From the IMG/VR virus record IMGVR_UViG_3300025132_000022, positions 1 through 64,000 of that record: a stretch of 64,000 nt of DNA; one strand, written 5' to 3'. Each line of letters starts with the position of its first letter. Within the stretch, counting starts at the first letter, position 1. This DNA comes from a virus. The position numbers and the translations under genes are program-made. Under the pieces are notes generated by a model. That model saw only the letters and a program-made list of their open reading frames with translations. It made no database searches and was not told the DNA's origin. Below, in pieces: positions 27,348 through 36,626 of the stretch.

Positions 27348-29210
27348 CTACACGAAACTCACTTCACACGCACCACCAGCGCAGGCAACCTCACCTTTCA
27401 GGTCCGTATTGTCTTCTTCCTCCACAACCTTGGAGAGGTCAACCTTTGTAAGCGAAGACATCATTGCCTCATAAGTCTCTTCGGCGCAGTCCTCAAATGG
27501 AGCCTGTGTATATGTACCGCCATCATACGGAAGAACTGACAGACCATTGTAACTCTCTCTGTTGTCCCACATCCATTCTCCAACATCAACCCACTCGGCA
27601 TCCCTGATCGACACAGTAGCGGAGATGTTGTGAGTGTTCTGACCCTTTCGAAATCCAGGTTTTACCCACTCATCAGTGACCTGTTTTACCCTCTTCAGCA
27701 ACTGAAGTGCTGACTCCGTTCTCATTATAGCGCCCTCTGGAGCACTCTGTGGTATTGAAATAACTGCCGTACTGTGTGGACTGAAGTACTCGTCCTCAAC
27801 CAACTCTGGGTGATTTTTTACCAGGTACGAATAAATTGGTTCATTTTTTCCAACCCGAATACGACGAATATAAAAGTCATTATGCCACGCGTGAATACCA
27901 GAAGAGGTACCAAGGGCAAGACTGGTAGTGCCTGCGGGTTTAACACAAGTCGTTCTCGCCGCTTGCTTGATACCAATCAACTCAGCGACTCTTGCGTTTT
28001 CTTTTTTTACTGCCTGGGCCGCCTCTTTCATGTCCAGTAGTAAAACCTTGCCAGATGCAATACCCGTCATGGACACCCCAATGAGTGCATCCTTCTCTGT
28101 GGTTCTCCTCCATACATCCCTCAGATAATGAAAGTCAGTGTAACTCGCCTGAAGCGTTCCGATGAAGGTAGCCGCTCGAACCCTATCATTGAGATCCTCC
28201 TGACTTTCAAGATCAGATACGTTGACTTCAGTTAAATTACAAAACTGGTAAGGGCGGAGTCCGATTTCGCAGCAGGGATTGGTGCCCCAGTCTTTGTCAT
28301 TCGAAAAATAAAACCCAGGTTCTCCTGCGCCTGATGCCTTTACCCGATCCCATAAGTTCATAAAATATTCTTTATCAATCTTGTGTCTCAACAGCACAAC
28401 TGAGTTATTTGCTCGACCTCTTTGAGGGTTGGTCTCCCACCAATTGCCAGTCTTAGCAGCAATCATCTCCTCGTCGTCGGCGGAGAATAGCGAAATCAAT
28501 GCTGCCCTGCGAATGCCTCCCGCAAGTACAGCATCTGCGATATGGCAAACCATGTCATGAACCTCAATAGAAGAAAGTTTGTCACCATTCTCCTTTTCAG
28601 ATAACATACCCTCTAATTTCACAAGACACTCTCTGAGTGGTTGTGGTCCAGGTGCTTTGCCACCCGATGTCACGAGTGCAGCACCCTTTGGACGTATGTC
28701 CGTATAATCAAATCTAAGTCTGGATCCTCCATTGAAATAGGAACGAACCAGTGCTTTTACAGCATCTGCCCAACCTTCAATAGAGTCGTTGACCAAAAAC
28801 CTTCGTGTTCTATTCATGTTTGGTCTAGTAATTTCTGGTAGTTTTTCGACGTGATGCTTTTGAACACTGTATCCAACACCCGTACCACCGAGCAGCAAGA
28901 ACATCGCCTCGCCGAATGAACGCCAATCGTCGATTGGCATGAAGGCACAGTTGAAAATCCTGTTTGGAGCAACTTCAATAGGTTTGCCGCCGAACTGCAA
29001 GGACCTCATAGAGGGCAGTACCTTCTTGTCAAAAACTAACTTATAGTTCTTTCTAATTTGTAATTCTAATTCTGGAAACTTCTTTAGATGCATTTCCATA
29101 TTTCTTGTAACCAGTTCGTGCCAAGTCTCTCTCCTATTTTTTTCTGGCACATACTTGGCGTACTTCATGTGCACAGTTATTTCTGACAAAATGTCATTTG
29201 ATAAACTCAT
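27348..29210 (-). CDS. nrdJ: class II (adenosylcobalamin) ribonucleotide reductase
   Basis: FNCAF, G.GVG, RRAALI, TNPCCEI, CNL, VKPAGT, C-terminal CAGGAC. Confidence 0.92.
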   Translation of the reverse strand: MSLSNDILSEITVHMKYAKYVPEKNRRETWHELVTRNMEMHLKKFPELELQIRKNYKLVFDKKVLPSMRSLQFGGKPIEVAPNRIFNCAFMPIDDWRSFGEAMFLLLGGTGVGYSVQKHHVEKLPEITRPNMNRTRRFLVNDSIEGWADAVKALVRSYFNGGSRLRFDYTDIRPKGAALVTSGGKAPGPQPLRECLVKLEGMLSEKENGDKLSSIEVHDMVCHIADAVLAGGIRRAALISLFSADDEEMIAAKTGNWWETNPQRGRANNSVVLLRHKIDKEYFMNLWDRVKASGAGEPGFYFSNDKDWGTNPCCEIGLRPYQFCNLTEVNVSDLESQEDLNDRVRAATFIGTLQASYTDFHYLRDVWRRTTEKDALIGVSMTGIASGKVLLLDMKEAAQAVKKENARVAELIGIKQAARTTCVKPAGTTSLALGTSSGIHAWHNDFYIRRIRVGKNEPIYSYLVKNHPELVEDEYFSPHSTAVISIPQSAPEGAIMRTESALQLLKRVKQVTDEWVKPGFRKGQNTHNISATVSIRDAEWVDVGEWMWDNRESYNGLSVLPYDGGTYTQAPFEDCAEETYEAMMSSLTKVDLSKVVEEEDNTDLKGEVACAGGACEVSFV

Positions 29211-30589
29211 TAATTCGACCCTCCTTTAAACTCTTTGTACTTTTCATTTAACAATTTTTTCTGTCTCTTTGCAGCATTTTTGACAAAATCCTCCATGTCT
29301 TCTTGGGACATTGGTTTGGGCAGGACCTTGATCTTCACATTGGACGTATCCATAAATATGGGGTAAATTAACCCATCGGGACCATTTCTGTTCTTTGCGA
29401 CAAAAATTCTCCCAGTGTTGCTGGTCTTGTCTTCTACTGTTCTGGAGACGGAGAAAATAAAATCTGCAACGAAACACTTGTTGAATGCTTCAGAAATTGA
29501 CTCCATAGTGATAACCTCTGCATTTAGACCAGACCTATTTGTTTGGGAAGCAGTCCATATGGGGCAACCCACCTCTTGCGATATGCCTCGCAATTCCTCA
29601 TAAATAGATTCAAGTTGGTGTCTTTTCTCTTCTTTCGAAGATCCCTCTGGTTTTAACAGGTCTGCATAATCAACAATAATGACGTCTGGTACGAAGTCTT
29701 GATTCCTCATCTTCTCGATATGGTTCTTTATCGTCTGTACAGATGCAGATCTTGTTGGATACTCCTTCACTATCAGTTTGCCTGGAAGATCTTTTAATTC
29801 GTCATATATTTGCTCTTTGAACGCTTGGATATTGTTAAGATCATACCCTGTGATGCAACTGTCGTACCTATTTGCAACCACTGTGTCGGCTAACTCTAGC
29901 GTATAGTGTACAACATTCTTGCCGTCCTGCAGTGCTCTTGATCCGAGGTGCACAAGAACCATAGATTTTCCTGCACCTGTTGGTGCTATAACAACGCCAA
30001 GTTCCCCTTTACCGAGTCCACCTTTCGATATTTGATCCATAGGTGTCCACCCAGTTGTGACAGGATTTCTTGCCTTCTTTTCAAACCTTACTTCGAAATC
30101 CTTCATGTAGTCATACCCAAGGTCATTAGATGTGCCTAGTTTGATAGCATCGTTAATAACCTTGGCGATGTCGTCGAAGGAAGACTTCTTCAAAAGAGGG
30201 ACACACCTGATCATCGCCTCTTGTAATTTTTGCTTCTTACAAAAGTCAAGTGCAGTGTCCTTAATATACCCAGACTCCGAATTGTCAATCCTTTGAGATA
30301 AGACTCTGGCATAGTAATCTCTCAACAGTTTCTGTACGGAATCCTGCTGTTCAGATATGCCAGTTCTGAGAATGCTTGTCATGGTATTTGTAGTTGGATG
30401 TACACCATACTTCTTTTTGTATTGCTTGATCTTTTCGACGAAGACTCTGAGATAGGTCAATTCCAAAAAGTTGACGTCCAGTACTTCAAATATCTGATCA
30501 GCGAACGGTCTGTCGACTAAAATTAAATGGCATAAGTTTTCCTGAAAGTTCTTTCCGAACTTTGAGAAGTCCTGTTTAGTTTTATCCAT
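29210..30589 (-). CDS. dnaB: replicative DNA helicase (DnaB / T4 gp41-like)
   Basis: APTGAGKS, TLE, IIVDYADL, TASQTNR, KNRNG. Confidence 0.93.
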   Translation of the reverse strand: MDKTKQDFSKFGKNFQENLCHLILVDRPFADQIFEVLDVNFLELTYLRVFVEKIKQYKKKYGVHPTTNTMTSILRTGISEQQDSVQKLLRDYYARVLSQRIDNSESGYIKDTALDFCKKQKLQEAMIRCVPLLKKSSFDDIAKVINDAIKLGTSNDLGYDYMKDFEVRFEKKARNPVTTGWTPMDQISKGGLGKGELGVVIAPTGAGKSMVLVHLGSRALQDGKNVVHYTLELADTVVANRYDSCITGYDLNNIQAFKEQIYDELKDLPGKLIVKEYPTRSASVQTIKNHIEKMRNQDFVPDVIIVDYADLLKPEGSSKEEKRHQLESIYEELRGISQEVGCPIWTASQTNRSGLNAEVITMESISEAFNKCFVADFIFSVSRTVEDKTSNTGRIFVAKNRNGPDGLIYPIFMDTSNVKIKVLPKPMSQEDMEDFVKNAAKRQKKLLNEKYKEFKGGSN

Positions 30590-31557
30590 TAGTTATAATT
30601 TACCCCAGACTCAACCATCGAGTTAAATGTCGTCTTCAGGCAGTCCATGTTTAATGACGTCAATCCGTCGATGGACAACATCTTGTTAATCTCGGTTCGG
30701 TTGAACGTTGGTTGATACCCCTCGAAGGTCGAGTTTATGTGATTGGCACACTGAACAGAAATGAGAGGTGTACTTAACTGCATGATAGAGTAATTATCGC
30801 ACACTTTCTTATAGTCCTGAATTACCTTGTTGTAAACTGAAAGTTTTGACTCCTGTCTTTCAGAGTGCTCCTTAAGATCACTAAGGTAATAATCCTTGTC
30901 TTCGGCAAGAAATGGGAATGCCTTGGCAACTGTCTTAAGTCCGACGCCCTGCAGTCCGTCAATGTTGTCACTCTTATCACCAACCATGGACCTGGCCAGA
31001 GCAAAGTTCGTTGGGTGGATTGAGTGCTCTTCTAGGACCCTATTTGTATTCAAGATTTGATCCTGAGTTGGTCGCATTAGCAGGGTCTTGCTGTCCAAAA
31101 GTTGGATGAAGTCCTTGTCACTCGATATGATAACCTTTTGCCAATCGGTCAAAACTGGTAAAGATTTTACATACGATATAACATCATCTGCCTCAACACC
31201 TGGTTGTCTAAACTGGATGATGGGCATCTGGTTGACATACTCAATACACCTCACTTGTTGCCAAATTCTGTTTGTATGAATTTGAGCAGGATTTAAGGAT
31301 TGCGACCACCTGTTCAACTTTGGAGGTTTTCTTCCAACCTTGTAATTCTTGTTCTGCTTCCTTCTTTTATTGGACCCGCCGTCACCGTCCCACACCACTA
31401 CAAAAAGGTCAGGTCTCACTTGACGACATAGTTTGTTCATAGTTTGCAAGAATCCCACTACGCCGCCAACGGGGTCGCCGTTTGGTGACATGGTAGGATT
31501 AACAATATAAGACCTCATAAACTGGTTCTGTGCATCCACCAGCATCAACCTTTTCAT
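30589..31557 (-). CDS. 5'-3' exonuclease / flap endonuclease (Pol I N-terminal or T4 RNase H-like)
   Basis: LVD, VWDG, YK..R, EADD, SDKDF.QL, GDKSDNI.G..GVG.KT. Confidence 0.93.
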   Translation of the reverse strand: MKRLMLVDAQNQFMRSYIVNPTMSPNGDPVGGVVGFLQTMNKLCRQVRPDLFVVVWDGDGGSNKRRKQNKNYKVGRKPPKLNRWSQSLNPAQIHTNRIWQQVRCIEYVNQMPIIQFRQPGVEADDVISYVKSLPVLTDWQKVIISSDKDFIQLLDSKTLLMRPTQDQILNTNRVLEEHSIHPTNFALARSMVGDKSDNIDGLQGVGLKTVAKAFPFLAEDKDYYLSDLKEHSERQESKLSVYNKVIQDYKKVCDNYSIMQLSTPLISVQCANHINSTFEGYQPTFNRTEINKMLSIDGLTSLNMDCLKTTFNSMVESGVNYN

Positions 31558-31563
31558 AATAAC

Positions 31564-31662
31564 CTATCCCTTCTTTCTGTATTTGTGTAGCGCCAGACCT
31601 ATAATCAACATGCTAATTGCTGAATATAAAAATTCTTTGTCGCTGAAGATGCCTTCAAACAT
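31564..31662 (-). CDS. 32-aa single-TM peptide
   Basis: MFEGIFSDKEFLYSAISMLIIGLALHKYRKKG after GGAGG; overlaps the upstream stop. Confidence 0.45.
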   Translation of the reverse strand: MFEGIFSDKEFLYSAISMLIIGLALHKYRKKG

Positions 31663-32071
31663 TTCCCCCTCCTCTAGCAATCTCAACAGCCTCGGTGAAA
31701 CAGATAACTCCGTCCAGTCCATGCAGAAGAACTGGGTTTTTTCTCTTATTGAAGTTCTTATCATCGTCTGGTACTACGACATAAAACTTACACTCTTTTT
31801 CAGAGAAAATCTCGGACTTATAACAAAGGGCGTTGTATGCTTTCTGTTTTGCTCTATCGGTTCTAAGCGAAGTTGTTAGATCAAAAAAAACTATGCTTGA
31901 CTCGGTCTCAAGACAGAAGTCAGAATCTATTTTTTGTGAGTTTCCGTGTTCATTCTTGAACTGAGGTTTTAGTTTTGCCTCCAACTTGCCAATTCCAGTC
32001 TTTTCAGAAAACAATTTTTCAAAACTGTTCCCTGCTCTCGCTCTTTTTCCATTTTCTATAACAGCACTCAT
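31655..32071 (-). CDS. small PD-(D/E)xK-fold protein resembling CCGG-family type II restriction endonucleases
   Basis: GNSFE helix, SD, T.SLRTDR (R-x-D-R); SD AAGGAG. Confidence 0.55.
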   Translation of the reverse strand: MSAVIENGKRARAGNSFEKLFSEKTGIGKLEAKLKPQFKNEHGNSQKIDSDFCLETESSIVFFDLTTSLRTDRAKQKAYNALCYKSEIFSEKECKFYVVVPDDDKNFNKRKNPVLLHGLDGVICFTEAVEIARGGGNV

Positions 32072-32086
32072 GAGTAACTCCTTAGT

Positions 32087-32114
32087 AAAAAAAACCCCCT
32101 GCTTTCACAGGGGG
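32087..32114 (-). terminator. Rho-independent terminator after recA
   Basis: CCCCCTG-TGAAAG-CAGGGGG followed by T8. Confidence 0.88.
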
Positions 32115-32129
32115 CGACCGAACACTGTG

Positions 32130-33269
32130 TCAGTCTTTGGTGGGTGTTTCATCTGGATCGTAAAAATCAGAGGCATTCCCTGTTTTATTACTGAACTTCA
32201 TGATAACATCTTCGTCCATGATTTGCAACACTCTTTTTTGGAATTTTTCGTCTTGCAATTTCTTCAACCAGTGTGCTCTCTGGAACTTCTCTCTTGTCCC
32301 ATCCTCGTGCACAAGAGAATACCAAGCACCTGATTGCTCTAGGTTTTCAGATATCTGAATCGCATCAAACCAACTTTCCTTATCCTGTACGCCAACACTT
32401 TCTGCGTCGCCCCAGAGGATTTTAAAGTTGCAAGTTCTTCCTGTAGAACCGAATCTGGACTTTTCGATTTTACACTTAACCTCAGAACCAATCCTGAACC
32501 CATTCTCATCCGTGACAAAAGACGCCTTAGCTTTTCTCCCTGTCAACCATATCCTCAAGGAATAGGAGTACGGCAACGTCTTCCCTCCTGGAGTCATGTA
32601 TGGCGTAGTCATTGCTTCAGACGGTGACCGAGTGATGTTAGTCTTCAGTTGATTAAGGACTAGCAGTGTAGCGCCAGCGTTGGCAATCGGTTGAACCAAC
32701 TTAGGCATACCCTTCGACAACACTCTCGCTTTCATTGCCATAGACGACTGGGGATCAAAGTCTGACTCAAGATCGTGCTCAGATGGCGTGAGTGCAAGGG
32801 AATCCCAAATAAACAACCACTTTTCTGGCATTTTCAACAAGTTTTCGATTGTCTCCATAACCATCTCGACAGAGTGTGCCTGGATATAAACCAATCCATT
32901 CTCTTCATCGTCGACGTCACACCCTGTTCTTCGAAGGAAGTCTGGATCAATGGCAGACTCTGAGTCGAAGTAAGCAACTCGACACCCCATCTTCTGAGCG
33001 TTGGCGGCGACTTGGGCTGCCATAAATGACTTACCTGTCGCCTCCAGACCTGCAATCTCGGAGATCTTACCCACTGGAATTCCCGCATACCTGCCCTTGC
33101 AGGTAATAGAGTCCAACCAACGGGAACCAGTCGGAATCCACTCCTTGACTTCCGTTGGGTTCTCTTCTCCAAGATTGTAGGCAACCACACCACCTGACGA
33201 CTTGTTAAGTGATGCGATTATGTCCTTGGTGGAAAGTCCACCTGGTTTAATTTTTCTTATCTTCCCCAT
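32130..33269 (-). CDS. recA: RecA/UvsX recombinase
   Basis: IPTGS..LD, G.EATGKS, DSE, WDS, NQ, TPGG, K.RF. Confidence 0.95.
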   Translation of the reverse strand: MGKIRKIKPGGLSTKDIIASLNKSSGGVVAYNLGEENPTEVKEWIPTGSRWLDSITCKGRYAGIPVGKISEIAGLEATGKSFMAAQVAANAQKMGCRVAYFDSESAIDPDFLRRTGCDVDDEENGLVYIQAHSVEMVMETIENLLKMPEKWLFIWDSLALTPSEHDLESDFDPQSSMAMKARVLSKGMPKLVQPIANAGATLLVLNQLKTNITRSPSEAMTTPYMTPGGKTLPYSYSLRIWLTGRKAKASFVTDENGFRIGSEVKCKIEKSRFGSTGRTCNFKILWGDAESVGVQDKESWFDAIQISENLEQSGAWYSLVHEDGTREKFQRAHWLKKLQDEKFQKRVLQIMDEDVIMKFSNKTGNASDFYDPDETPTKD

Positions 33270-33280
33270 TCGACACTACC

Positions 33281-34045
33281 TCAATTCTGAAGGAGACCGT
33301 TAAAGGCTCTGTCTACAGCGGACTCTTCAGACTCTCCACTGCTTGTGGTGATACCACCGCGAGTAATTTCAGAACTATCTTCCGTATCTGCACTCAAGTG
33401 CGAGTCCAGAATTGCCTGAACCTCTTCTGTCGTGCGTCTCTCGAAAACAGTGTCGAGATTTGGCACCTTCTCAAGGAGTTCGGCACATCGCTCGTCACCG
33501 CCCACGGCGTCATCACAAAGAACTGACTTTCTTGGGCGAGGTCGAATATCCGTTGTTGGATATGATGCACCTGGCTGCTTGCCATACATTAATTTGAGAT
33601 CGTTACCGTCCTCTGGATCGGTAATATCCCCGTAATCAGGGTCGAGAACAATACCAAGAAGTTTCTGGTATGCCAACTTGCCATAACCCCAAACCTTAAT
33701 TCCTTCGGACTCTTCACCTCGCACAAGCACAGGTGAAAAGAATCTCTGTTTTGCAAACATGCCCTTTGCAAGTTGCTTACTCTCTTCTGTCCCTTCGTTC
33801 CAAAGTTTGTTCCCAAAGTCACAAACTGGACAACTGTCTCCAAAGTTTCGCTTTGGGCACAGGAACGATTGCTCTCCCACGCCATAGTGGAAAAACTTCT
33901 CCTTGAACGGGTCTCCGTCCGCTGTCGGAACAATACGAATATTGTTCTCGCCATCTTGTGGACGCCAGAAGTTATTCTTTTTACCGTCGCCCTTTCCTGA
34001 TAAAGAAGCCATCTTTTGCTTCATGAGATCTAAATTCAGTGCCAT
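33281..34045 (-). CDS. single-stranded DNA-binding protein (T4 gp32-like)
   Basis: FWRP..G...IRI.P, FHY, CP......CPVC zinc site, DITDP..G, acidic C-terminal tail. Confidence 0.85.
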   Translation of the reverse strand: MALNLDLMKQKMASLSGKGDGKKNNFWRPQDGENNIRIVPTADGDPFKEKFFHYGVGEQSFLCPKRNFGDSCPVCDFGNKLWNEGTEESKQLAKGMFAKQRFFSPVLVRGEESEGIKVWGYGKLAYQKLLGIVLDPDYGDITDPEDGNDLKLMYGKQPGASYPTTDIRPRPRKSVLCDDAVGGDERCAELLEKVPNLDTVFERRTTEEVQAILDSHLSADTEDSSEITRGGITTSSGESEESAVDRAFNGLLQN

Positions 34046-34111
34046 TATATTACCTCCTTATGGTATTGTTTTTTGCACACTTGTCGGTAAAACTTCCGAC
34101 CAACTTTCTAT

Positions 34112-34140
34112 ACTATACTAAATGTTTATTTGTTTGTCAA
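34112..34140 (-). promoter_or_regulatory. sigma70-type promoter for ssb-recA
   Basis: TTGACA-17 nt-TATAGT. Confidence 0.8.
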
Positions 34141-34680
34141 CTGTTTTTTGTAATGTCTGAAACATCTTGGTTCATACATTTCTGATCCGCCAATCAATAA
34201 CTCTCTGTCATCATCAAACTTTCTGAACGTAAAGTAGGCATCCTCTTGGCATTGTGCGCAAACTGATGGACACTTTACAATCTTTGTCGCCCAGGGCATC
34301 ATCTTGGCGACCTCGACAAATGGCTCTGCCTTGGAAGACAAGTCCAGACTCGATACTAACACAGACACTCCCGACTTGTAAAGACTTATTACAACATCAG
34401 ATGCGCCTTCGATCATAAACGCTTCATCTATGGCAACAACTTCAGCAGGAGTGTCTTCTAGAAACTCAAGGATGTCTGTCCCAGAGGTGACACATTTCGC
34501 CTCGATGCGGCCGCCATTGTGAGTCACGATCTCCCCAGTGGAATATCTGTCATCTATCATTGGTTTAAAAGCAGATATGGACTTTCCTTGGTACTTGTAC
34601 CTCTCTAGTGCTGCAATGAGTCTCGTTGTCTTGGACCCGAACATGGGACCAACGAACATGATTAAATCAGGGTTCCTCAC
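34126..34680 (-). CDS. tdk: thymidine kinase
   Basis: GPMFGSKTT, KP.IDDRY, IDEA, C..C, IGG.E.Y..RC..H. Confidence 0.95.
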   Translation of the reverse strand: MRNPDLIMFVGPMFGSKTTRLIAALERYKYQGKSISAFKPMIDDRYSTGEIVTHNGGRIEAKCVTSGTDILEFLEDTPAEVVAIDEAFMIEGASDVVISLYKSGVSVLVSSLDLSSKAEPFVEVAKMMPWATKIVKCPSVCAQCQEDAYFTFRKFDDDRELLIGGSEMYEPRCFRHYKKQLTNK

Positions 34681-35517
34681 TCAAAACTCCTGAACTTTTG
34701 AAGAATACTTCTTTATGTAACAAAAGTCTGATTCATACTGTGTCTGATAGACTCCGTAACTGTATTTGCACAATTCCTGATTTTTTTCTTTGATTAATTT
34801 AATAATATTTCTCTGTAGGTTTCTGTCCTGCTCCAAACTTACCTTGGATATACCGTAGTAAAGTCTCGCATCCATAGTATCCGTCATCGGGAAAAGTAAA
34901 CTTTCAGAACCGTCCTCTATCTTTAACACGCCGAGTGTACAAATTCGCCTTGATTCATTGATAATTGAAAAATTGCTGACCTCCGAATCCTGATGATCAA
35001 AAACCATCACCATATGAAACATAGAAGCAATTAAGTTGTTTATCGCTGGATAGTATTCTTTAATACTTGCATCTTCAACCATACTATCCATTTCAGAATT
35101 ACTTGTCAAGTAGATATTTTTAAAAAGTCCAGACCTAGCATATTCCTGCAAGATAGAGAAAACCATCTTTTCGTGCATTGCTTCAGTCTCGTCCAGAAGG
35201 TCTTGCTCAGGTCTGACGCAAACGACAGTTATGGTCTTGTCTCGAATCTGGTGTAAAAATTTGAGAGCAATAGAGGAAACGAGACTTGATCCACTAAGCA
35301 CAAAAATAACATCTTGCTTAATCTTGTCTTTTATTCGCTTGGGTATGGTCTTGAAACTTTCTTCATATTGTTCTGGTGAACTTTGCTTCTTTACCACCAA
35401 CTTATCTTTAAAATCCATTGGTTCGTCATCAACACACACGACGTTGTATTGAGAATAGTTTTCAAAACACTGGGCAACCTTGCATCCGACACCGCCCAAT
35501 CCAATAACTGTATACAT
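34681..35517 (-). CDS. divergent tubulin/FtsZ-like protein (PhuZ-like)
   Basis: VIGLGGVGCKVA T1 loop, V.P, I....N, N..IA spacing; GGGTG(S/T)G signature replaced by SGSSLVSS. Confidence 0.65.
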   Translation of the reverse strand: MYTVIGLGGVGCKVAQCFENYSQYNVVCVDDEPMDFKDKLVVKKQSSPEQYEESFKTIPKRIKDKIKQDVIFVLSGSSLVSSIALKFLHQIRDKTITVVCVRPEQDLLDETEAMHEKMVFSILQEYARSGLFKNIYLTSNSEMDSMVEDASIKEYYPAINNLIASMFHMVMVFDHQDSEVSNFSIINESRRICTLGVLKIEDGSESLLFPMTDTMDARLYYGISKVSLEQDRNLQRNIIKLIKEKNQELCKYSYGVYQTQYESDFCYIKKYSSKVQEF

Positions 35518-36626
35518 TAAACCTCTTTCATATCTCTAAAGTTCTTGCCTATGCTGGAATTAACAACGTAATTGCCGAACCTAGTTTCGCCGAAGATCCT
35601 CTTTGCCTCTAGAAACTTACCCCGATCTTCTTTGGCATAATCTAGTATAACAGAGTCGTGCAACAAATAACAAATTTTTGTCCTACAATCTTTAAATAAT
35701 TCTCTTAATTTGTACGCCTGCTCAATGCAAATGTCACTGCTTGTGCTTTGGACAATATAATTCAAGGACCTTCTTTCGTCCGTTTCAATAAATCGAGAAA
35801 AGGGGGTCTGTACGCCATCTTTATACCTATACTTGTCTTTGACAAGATCCCTGTCATAAAACCCCTCTAATAGCGAATCTCGCGCTTCAGGGTTATACAA
35901 CCAAGCAAAAGTCCTCTTCTTCATATCCTCGCGAGACAGTTCAGTTTTTGCCCTTGTCCACTCGTGTATATCCATGCCAGGTTGTTCATTACCCGATAGT
36001 GCCAAGAGTGTTCTCAGTTCCGCTGCGTTGAAGTCGAATTCAACAAAAAGATCATTGGATGGTTCCAGAAAGGCGCGCTCATCCTTTTTCATCGTTAGTA
36101 TAGGGATGCCAGACTGTTTATTTGATAGTCTGCCAGTCCTTGTGCCGAAGACACTGTAGTTTGTGTTCTTCAATTCTGACTTGTAGATGTTTTCTCTGGC
36201 GTTCATCTCCTCAGTCAAAATGTGCGCCTTCTTCAAGATGTCATAGTGGCCTGGTTTTGGAACATTGTCAAATACATTCTTTATAATATTTTCTTTGTCC
36301 TGCAAAAACGACGTAAGTATATCTAGCGGTATGTAATCATAAATGCAGTAGTCTCTAATATTACACTTTGCAGTCAAAACAGATTTCATGATCGCCGAAA
36401 TCTTGTTTGAGTTGTTTTTCCAAGAATCTTCAATAAAAATAGGACACACAGACTCCAATGTTCCATCGGAATACAAGAACGCGTAATCGACGTCCTCTCT
36501 AGAGGTTAGGTGTACTGAATGCTTCCAAGTTCTGTTCATCTCGGGCGCATCGCGATAATCTGCAAAATCACCTGTCCTGTAGACCTTTAAGCATTCGCTA
36601 TTGTTATCAATAATTTGAAAATACAT
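35517..36626 (-). CDS. minimal family-A DNA polymerase (polymerase domain only)
   Basis: TRTGRLS, motif A DFNAAELR, motif B R...K...F..LY, NY.VQS, motif C HDS. Confidence 0.8.
   Translation of the reverse strand: MYFQIIDNNSECLKVYRTGDFADYRDAPEMNRTWKHSVHLTSREDVDYAFLYSDGTLESVCPIFIEDSWKNNSNKISAIMKSVLTAKCNIRDYCIYDYIPLDILTSFLQDKENIIKNVFDNVPKPGHYDILKKAHILTEEMNARENIYKSELKNTNYSVFGTRTGRLSNKQSGIPILTMKKDERAFLEPSNDLFVEFDFNAAELRTLLALSGNEQPGMDIHEWTRAKTELSREDMKKRTFAWLYNPEARDSLLEGFYDRDLVKDKYRYKDGVQTPFSRFIETDERRSLNYIVQSTSSDICIEQAYKLRELFKDCRTKICYLLHDSVILDYAKEDRGKFLEAKRIFGETRFGNYVVNSSIGKNFRDMKEV

Noticed and set aside
16918-33269. Inteins or introns in dnaE, nrdJ, helicase or recA
   Set aside because: Protein lengths and motif spacing are normal; no C...HN splice junctions or interrupted frames.
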